This document shows positions 25,828 through 32,000 of a DNA stretch of 32,000 nucleotides, one piece after another. The notes below the pieces were generated by a model, which did not search any database, had not been told where the DNA came from, and worked only from the letters and a program-made list of their open reading frames with translations. Source of the DNA: Promethearchaeum syntrophicum (GTDB taxonomy: Archaea > Asgardarchaeota > Lokiarchaeia > Sigyniarchaeales > Promethearchaeaceae); assembly GCF_008000775.2 (NCBI RefSeq), contig NZ_CP042905.2, positions 1,740,001 through 1,772,000 of the forward strand, written 5' to 3'. Each line of letters opens with the position of its first letter. Within the stretch, counting starts at the first letter, position 1. The position numbers and the translations under genes are program-made.

Positions 25828-26324
25828 TTAGTTTTTCACGAAATAATATTGGATGTGTAGCTTTAGTATTTACGATAGCATTTCTTATTTCAAATTCTAC
25901 ATCTGCAATCTATAATGATACTTATGAAAAATATATTTTTTTGGAATCCTATTATTTTGAAGAAAATCAGATGATCATGTGTACCATCAGAAGCACTGTG
26001 GGAATGGATTACTCAATTCAATTCCGCCGCAGTCCAGACCGTATCTCTGGTCCAGAACACACAGAAAGAACCATAGAAGGAAATACATTTTACATATTTA
26101 CTTTTAATACCTTAGATAGCCACCATTTTACTTTAGTTGCCAATGATATTGACGGTATAACTTATCACGTCAAATTTTTTCAAGCTATACCCAAATGGAT
26201 AATTAATATTGGCACGATGGTTTTTGGATTGACATATGTTATTTGGGTAATTTATGATAAAAAATTTGCTGAAAAAATAGAATATACAATGAAGGCAGAT
26301 AAAAATGCGAAACCAAAATATTGA
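25824..26324 (+). CDS. Small membrane-anchored extracellular protein
   Basis: Signal/anchor CVALVFTIAFLISNSTSA and C-terminal TM IGTMVFGLTYVIWVIY. It is translationally coupled to the upstream ORF. Confidence 0.55.
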   Translation: MISFSRNNIGCVALVFTIAFLISNSTSAIYNDTYEKYIFLESYYFEENQMIMCTIRSTVGMDYSIQFRRSPDRISGPEHTERTIEGNTFYIFTFNTLDSHHFTLVANDIDGITYHVKFFQAIPKWIINIGTMVFGLTYVIWVIYDKKFAEKIEYTMKADKNAKPKY

Positions 26325-26590
26325 TATCCCCTAGTTCGGTAATTTTCTCCCAAGATATTTTTTTTTACTTTCACTTTTCGGTATCATTCTTTAAATAGGA
26401 TGACTGAAAATAGAATTCCAGTCCAGTTAAGTTTAAATAGGTCGAAGTTTCTTAAATTTATTTAAGGGAATAAAAATTCGGGTGTCATTATCACAAGAGA
26501 CTACTTTTTCCAAGAGAAAGGACAAAATTCGGATCACCTATTTGCCTCACTTCCGTACAGACTAAAAATTAAGAATTACCCGATGAGCTC

Positions 26591-26602
26591 GATATTAAAT
26601 AC
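26591..26602 (+). promoter_or_regulatory. TATA-like box
   Basis: GATATTAAATAC is centred ~27 nt upstream of ATG 26624. Confidence 0.35.
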
Positions 26603-26623
26603 TTCAAACAAATGAAGGTGAGT

Positions 26624-26824
26624 ATGGAATTGATTGAGAAAAAACCTATCAAGATCAATAACGATACCATTACATTATATATTTATAAGAGAGATAATGG
26701 GAAACTCGTGCTTTGGCGGGGGAACGATCTGGACAACCGTAAAAATCACCTATTCGAATCCTATCACCAGAATTTAATTAATGTTTTTATTTCCAAATTC
26801 ATCAAAAGCATTCTTGTAAAATGA
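26624..26824 (+). CDS. Hypothetical small protein (66 aa) coupled to the HNH gene
   Basis: The in-frame ATG 26624 fits the TATA spacing better than the listed 26612. Its stop overlaps the HNH start (ATGA at 26821). Confidence 0.45.
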   Translation: MELIEKKPIKINNDTITLYIYKRDNGKLVLWRGNDLDNRKNHLFESYHQNLINVFISKFIKSILVK

Positions 26825-27501
26825 TCAGCATGAATAGAAAACTAAAAAAAATCATTGCATTGCGAAATTCCTATCCTACCCCCAAATTTCTAAAATGTTA
26901 TCTGGAATCGGATACAAAATATAAACATATCAAAGGGAAGGATGCATACGCGGCTATTCTCTCCCAAAATAATGATAAACGGGTTCATCATCGCTTTTTT
27001 ATTAAAGGTTTGCCCCGGAGTTGGGATCCCAAGCATAAAACCTACTGGATGATATTTGATTTTGAGGCTCAAATTGGAGATATTATTGAATTTCGCAGAT
27101 CTTCCAAAAATTATGCAGAAAAAATATACTATATTGCGTACCCCAATGAAAAAACCCGTAATTTGATGGAAATTTCACGATTTGACGCTTATAGAGTTGT
27201 AAATGATCGCCAAACATATTTAAAAACCCAAAATAACCATCTCCGAACGATTCCCGCCTCGGTAAAATGCCAAGTATGGGAACGGGATGATCATCGGTGT
27301 GTGTATTGTGGTTCAACGGTCAATCTGGAATTCGATCATATCATTCCGTTTTCATGGGGTGGGTCTAACTCTCCTGAAAATGTTCAATTGTTATGTAGGA
27401 CATGCAATCGGAGAAAATCGGATACGTTAACTGATGGAAATACTAAATCACTAATTCGAACCCATGTAAAAAATCAGCAGAATAAGAAAATTGCTTCTTA
27501 A
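26821..27501 (+). CDS. HNH endonuclease with an uncharacterised ~150-aa N-terminal domain
   Basis: CQVWERDDHRCVYCGSTVNLEFDHIIPFSWGGSNSPENVQLLCRTCNRRKSD carries the H-N-H core flanked by two CxxC pairs. Confidence 0.85.
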   Translation: MISMNRKLKKIIALRNSYPTPKFLKCYLESDTKYKHIKGKDAYAAILSQNNDKRVHHRFFIKGLPRSWDPKHKTYWMIFDFEAQIGDIIEFRRSSKNYAEKIYYIAYPNEKTRNLMEISRFDAYRVVNDRQTYLKTQNNHLRTIPASVKCQVWERDDHRCVYCGSTVNLEFDHIIPFSWGGSNSPENVQLLCRTCNRRKSDTLTDGNTKSLIRTHVKNQQNKKIAS

Positions 27502-29069
27502 TTACTCCAACTGGGAAACAATAACCCAAGAAACAACGTAAGAATATAACAGATTAAAGAACCCAAAATTGGAAATACTACAATCCCATCGACAATTCCA
27601 TCGCCCCCAATTAAAATTTTTCCCGTTGAAGTGATAGGATAAAAAAAATCAGTTGTTACCGTAGCAATAAAGGTTGAGAGACAAATTAGGAAAGGCGAAA
27701 GTGGGGTTTTGATGATTTTTTTCCCTCTAAAAATTTCAGTGAAATAATTTACATCGATTTTTATATTAATTTTTTGCCTAATCCAAAATAAAATCCCCAC
27801 ACCTAAAATCGGAGGTAAATAAAAGGCTATCGAATTTAAAAAATGAAAATGAACTGGGTTGGAGTATGGTAAGGATATTGTTTTTAATAGTAACGACAAA
27901 AGAACTTGAGCACCCATTATTATTAGAAAATAGACAATCCCGAACGATTTTTTTTTCTGGTATAGTAGCCCGATTATGCCAATTATTATAAAAATAATCG
28001 CGGGAATTATTAACCCGTATAGATGCCCAAACCATTGTACAGCAACCTTGGTAAAAAAATAAAAATAGACTCCCGCATCAACACCTGCTTGAGAATCGGG
28101 ATAATAATGCACGTAATCTTGTTCTATAGAAATAATCATTTTTAAAATTACGAAAAGTGAAACCGAGAAGATGATTTTATTCAAAGTTTTATTTTGAAAA
28201 TGTTCAAATTCATTATATTTTGTCTTTTCTATAATGCAGATCAAAGATACATACTTTGGATTTATGGGTTCTTTTTGAAGAATCATTTGAGATGTTAAAA
28301 CGGCTGTAAATATAACCATACCTACCACTTTTAGGTTTACCGGATTTATTACTCCTCCCATTTCTGCTGTTGGTAAAAGTGAACCCAGAAGGAATATACC
28401 AGAAATGATCATATTCCAAAATGCATAATAGGAAAATCGAAAATTATCTGATTTTACAAGGTTGTCTTTGATTAGGCTTAATTCATGATTATCCTTTTTT
28501 TCATAGATATACTCATGCGATTGATTGAATTTAATAAAACTTAGAACAAAAACTAGAGCATAAAGAGAGATGTTTGAGAATATATTAACCCTTCCCCAGA
28601 ATTCATCTATTTGATGGATAGTAACATAACCACCTTTCCAAAATACGATAAAATTATACATGGGAATGGTAGTGACAATGTAAAATATAATAAACAAAAT
28701 AAAAATCCATTTCATTTTTGTCTTAAAATATCCCAGCTGCAAGATTACAGAAACCAAATAGAAAATGAGAAATCCTGCGAAAAAAATCCAATGCCCATGA
28801 GTAATGGGGATTTCATCATTTCCCATATTTCTCTGATTTATATTTAAAATAAGATATGTAAGAAGAATCGAAAATGTATACAATCCAAAGCAAATTTGGG
28901 AGAATATCAATGAAATATGCCATGGATTTCTTTTTTCTGATTTGATTTTTTCTTTTCCTCTATATACGCTTTTAATAGCAAAGATAAATGCTATAGTTCC
29001 TAAAAATCCATTAACAATTACTCCCAAATACCATACTAGCGGTAGATTCGTGCTACTCAAAAAAAACAT
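27498..29069 (-). CDS. Polytopic integral membrane protein (523 aa, more than 10 TM segments)
   Basis: The ORF is almost entirely hydrophobic helices. Its stop overlaps the HNH stop by 4 nt (convergent). No family recognised. Confidence 0.8.
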   Translation of the reverse strand: MFFLSSTNLPLVWYLGVIVNGFLGTIAFIFAIKSVYRGKEKIKSEKRNPWHISLIFSQICFGLYTFSILLTYLILNINQRNMGNDEIPITHGHWIFFAGFLIFYLVSVILQLGYFKTKMKWIFILFIIFYIVTTIPMYNFIVFWKGGYVTIHQIDEFWGRVNIFSNISLYALVFVLSFIKFNQSHEYIYEKKDNHELSLIKDNLVKSDNFRFSYYAFWNMIISGIFLLGSLLPTAEMGGVINPVNLKVVGMVIFTAVLTSQMILQKEPINPKYVSLICIIEKTKYNEFEHFQNKTLNKIIFSVSLFVILKMIISIEQDYVHYYPDSQAGVDAGVYFYFFTKVAVQWFGHLYGLIIPAIIFIIIGIIGLLYQKKKSFGIVYFLIIMGAQVLLSLLLKTISLPYSNPVHFHFLNSIAFYLPPILGVGILFWIRQKINIKIDVNYFTEIFRGKKIIKTPLSPFLICLSTFIATVTTDFFYPITSTGKILIGGDGIVDGIVVFPILGSLICYILTLFLGLLFPSWSN

Positions 29070-29088
29070 TCCTTGATCTTAGAATTTA

Positions 29089-29098
29089 ATTTATATAA
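29089..29098 (-). promoter_or_regulatory. TATA box for the polytopic membrane protein gene
   Basis: The minus strand reads TTATATAAAT, centred 25 nt upstream of ATG 29069. Confidence 0.4.
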
Positions 29099-29252
29099 TA
29101 TTAAAACCTTTCACAGAAACTTTTTTATTCCAATTTTTCCATATTTAAAACACACTTCTTTTATTACCACAACATTAATGAAAAATAGAAATAAAAAAGA
29201 AAGAGACAAAGTAGGATAACATAAAGCAAAAGAAGTAGAGTAAGTGAAAAAA

Positions 29253-32000
29253 ATGAAAAAATCAAATAATAAAATATCAATAGCAGGAATTTTTCTTTTC
29301 TGTACTATTATCGTTGGGTTTGTGTTTGTGCCGACTCCATTGAATCTGCGTCTTCCCACTGATGGAGGGGATGATCCACCACCCCCACCACCAAGACCTT
29401 TTAGTTGGGTAACATTAGCTCCTGACCAAATTTGCGATTCAGATGATGATATTATCTATCTCTCTTGGAGGGCTGATTCGGGTTATGGTGATAGATGGAC
29501 AAGACTTGAACGAAAACTGCATGATTATGACAATTGGATAATTGTTGGATCTACTTCTGGGTGGAGTAATTATGCGTATGTTACATTTCCAGTGATGGTA
29601 CCAACTGGTGTTGGTGTTGGAGAAACTGAAATTTATGATTATAGAGTCACCTTTCATGATTCAAGTGGTAGTCATACTAATATTGCGGAGGTAACTGTTG
29701 TTGGTCCGTCACCACCAACGCCTTTTAGTTGGATAACATTAGCTCCTGACCAAACATGTGATGAAGGAGATACTATCTCTCTCTCTTGGAGGGCTATTTC
29801 GGGTTATGGTGCTGAAAGATGGACAACACTTGAACAAAGTCTGTCTGGAGATGACGATTGGGAAGAGATTGGATCTACTTCTGGATGGAGTCGATATGGA
29901 GATATTACATACTCCGTTACTGTACCAACTGTTGGATGGGGAGAAACTGAAATTTATGATTATAGAGTAAACTTTCATGATTCCAGTCCTGGAGATGGTA
30001 ATCATTATGATACAGCAGTAGTCACTGTTGTTGGTCCACCAATACCAACGCCTTTTAATTGGCTAACATTAGCTGGTCCTCAAACATGTGATGTAGGAGA
30101 TACAATCTATCTCACTTGGAAGGCTGAATCGGGTTTTAGTGATAGATGGACACAACTTGAACGAAGTCTGCATGGATATGACAATTGGATAAATGTTGAT
30201 TCTACTGCTGGGTGGAGTGATGATGTTGATGTTACATTTGAAGTGACTGTACCCACTGATGTTGGTGTTGGAGAAACTGAAATTTATGATTATAGAGTAA
30301 ACTTTCATGATGATTCTAGAGAAAACTATCATGATTCCAGTTATTATACCGGTAATCATTATAATATAACTGAAGTCACTGTTGTTGGTCCAAGGGCTTT
30401 TAGTTGGTTAACGTTAGCTGGTCCCCAAACATGTGATTTAGAGGAAGGGAATACTATCTATCTCACTTGGAAGGCTGATTCGGGTTTTGGTGATGATAGA
30501 TGGACAACCCTTGAACGAAGTCTGCTTGGAGAAGACGATTGGGAAGAGGTTGATTCTACTTCTGGGTGGAGTGATAATGAGGATGTTACATATGAAGTGA
30601 CTGTACCTACTGTTGAATGGGGAGAAACTGAATATTATGAGTATAAAGTAAACTTTCATGATTCCAGTCCTGGTGATAATAATCATGAGCATATAGCAGA
30701 AGTCACTGTTGTTGGTCTGCCAGGACCAACGCCTTTTAAGTGGCTAATAAATCCTCCTCTTGAGCAAACATGCTATTTAGGGGATGGGAATACTCTCTCT
30801 CTCACTTGGAAGGCCGAATCAGGTTTTGATAATGATAGATGGGCAAAACTTGAATATAAAGTGAAAGGTATTGGCGATTGGATGCATGTTGAATATTATC
30901 CTGGGTGGCTTGATAATGATGATGTTACATTTCCAGTGATTCTACCAGCGGTTCTTCCTGGAGATACTATCATCTATGAATATAAAGTAACCTTTCATGA
31001 TGATTCTAGAGTAAGCTTTTATGCTTCCAGTGAAAGTTCCGGTATTCATGAGGATACAGTAGAAGTCACTGTTGTTGGTGAGACAGCACTATATCTATCA
31101 TTGACTCCTCTAGAAAGAACTAGTTCATATGGGACAAGTATAAGTCTTATTTGGAAGGCCCATTCAACGCTAGATTCAGACCACACAGCAGAATTATTCC
31201 AAGATTCCGATCCTGATCCGATAGACAGTAAAGTTTGGACTGATGGTGAAGAAATTAGTTTTTCAGTCGATTTACCTGTAGTTTCTTATGGAATTCAAGA
31301 GGTCTATTACCACATAGTAGTATCTGATACATATGATACAGTTAATGATACAGTAAAAATCACAGTTACTGGGTTAGCTGATACCTTCTTATATGATGAT
31401 CCTGATGACGGTATGGGCAATCCAAAGGATTATTGTGGTGTTGCTTTTGTTGCTTGGGAAGAATCCTATAGTGCTTCTGATGTAGCATATAGTGGTGAAT
31501 TACCAGATCTAAATGAATTATACACATTAAAAGATTTTAATTATGTTCAAAATCTGAAAGATAATGGATATAAGGTATTCCATGTATCAGATTATGAGAA
31601 GGCAGAATATTTTGATGTGTTTCTCGAAGCGTTGGCTCTAGCAGATGTTTTTGATACACGGATGTTTGTTATGACATTCATGCACGGAGCTTTCTTAACG
31701 GGAACTGAATGGAAAGTTCCTAATGATTTTCTTGATGGAAGTGATATTACTTTTGGAGATTTTACAGATCAACTCACTCCTGAAAAAATTATAAGTTCTG
31801 CTGCTATTCATTATCCAGGATATGTTGCTGAAGGACAAGTTGAAGAATTGATATTTTATGCAGCTCCTTGTTTTGCAATGACAGCATTAATTCCTAATGG
31901 ATTAGGTTATAATCTTGGTACCGAAGATGATGGACTTAAGAGAATTTCAAAAGCCGGAGTTATATTTGGAGTTAAGGGGGAACAAGGAAAGGTTGCTGAT
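29253..32000 (+). CDS. Large secreted/anchored surface protein (3' partial): signal anchor, poly-Pro linker, six tandem beta-rich repeats, then a possible caspase-fold peptidase domain
   Basis: My own translation of frame 3 from ATG 29253 (GTG 29244 is also in frame) gives MKKSNNKISIAGIFLFCTIIVGFVFVP...DDPPPPPPRPFSWVTLAPDQ... It is open for 916 codons to the window end, so it is missing from the ORF track. Confidence 0.85.
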   Translation, partial: MKKSNNKISIAGIFLFCTIIVGFVFVPTPLNLRLPTDGGDDPPPPPPRPFSWVTLAPDQICDSDDDIIYLSWRADSGYGDRWTRLERKLHDYDNWIIVGSTSGWSNYAYVTFPVMVPTGVGVGETEIYDYRVTFHDSSGSHTNIAEVTVVGPSPPTPFSWITLAPDQTCDEGDTISLSWRAISGYGAERWTTLEQSLSGDDDWEEIGSTSGWSRYGDITYSVTVPTVGWGETEIYDYRVNFHDSSPGDGNHYDTAVVTVVGPPIPTPFNWLTLAGPQTCDVGDTIYLTWKAESGFSDRWTQLERSLHGYDNWINVDSTAGWSDDVDVTFEVTVPTDVGVGETEIYDYRVNFHDDSRENYHDSSYYTGNHYNITEVTVVGPRAFSWLTLAGPQTCDLEEGNTIYLTWKADSGFGDDRWTTLERSLLGEDDWEEVDSTSGWSDNEDVTYEVTVPTVEWGETEYYEYKVNFHDSSPGDNNHEHIAEVTVVGLPGPTPFKWLINPPLEQTCYLGDGNTLSLTWKAESGFDNDRWAKLEYKVKGIGDWMHVEYYPGWLDNDDVTFPVILPAVLPGDTIIYEYKVTFHDDSRVSFYASSESSGIHEDTVEVTVVGETALYLSLTPLERTSSYGTSISLIWKAHSTLDSDHTAELFQDSDPDPIDSKVWTDGEEISFSVDLPVVSYGIQEVYYHIVVSDTYDTVNDTVKITVTGLADTFLYDDPDDGMGNPKDYCGVAFVAWEESYSASDVAYSGELPDLNELYTLKDFNYVQNLKDNGYKVFHVSDYEKAEYFDVFLEALALADVFDTRMFVMTFMHGAFLTGTEWKVPNDFLDGSDITFGDFTDQLTPEKIISSAAIHYPGYVAEGQVEELIFYAAPCFAMTALIPNGLGYNLGTEDDGLKRISKAGVIFGVKGEQGKVAD
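29397..31373 (+). repeat. Six in-frame tandem repeats of 324-345 bp (108-115 aa); the sixth is divergent
   Basis: Units start at 29397, 29721, 30051, 30396, 30732 and ~31083. The shared pattern is PFSW.TLA..QTCD.GDTI.L.W.A.SG...RW..LE..L...D.W......GWS....V.....P...GETEIYDY.V.FHD....H....VTVVG. Confidence 0.85.

Noticed and set aside
29439-30692. Four minus-strand ORFs in the track (29439-29657, 29739-30005, 30069-30359, 30438-30692) with similar peptides (MKVYSIIINFSFS...)
   Set aside because: They are antisense shadows of the + strand tandem repeats. Their similarity to one another simply mirrors the repeat. The + strand ORF is far longer and has a signal peptide and domain logic.

Overview
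This is an AT-rich segment that looks archaeal. The assignment rests on two TFIIB/TFB-like genes, a FEN-1 flap endonuclease, and TATA-like boxes about 25 nt upstream of many start codons. The lineage cannot be fixed by eye, and any phylum guess would be speculation. I call about 30 protein-coding genes. I recognise no rRNA, tRNA, CRISPR array, transposase or integrase. Recognisable genes are FEN-1 (5' partial), an MglA-like GTPase with a Roadblock/LC7 (MglB-like) partner, a full-length divergent TFB, a Zn-ribbon-less TFIIB-core paralog, an HNH endonuclease, an XPF/ERCC4-like protein with a degenerate active site, and a membrane HExxH protein. There are also several membrane-anchored surface proteins. 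The main candidates for something new are three. First, a tight operon (1499-5467) of four small, mostly Zn-ribbon proteins ends in a SIR2-TPR protein whose TPR array is ten near-identical 120-bp units. Second, a divergent gene pair (17447-23185) encodes a 1234-aa membrane protein with an FtsK/HerA/VirB4-like domain lacking a Walker A motif plus a winged-helix tail, a 598-aa membrane protein and a 50-aa Zn-ribbon ORF. Third, a long open-ended ORF (29253 to the window end) is absent from the supplied ORF track. It encodes six tandem ~110-aa repeats followed by a possible caspase-fold (clan CD) peptidase domain. All functional calls come from motif recognition by eye. No database search was run.
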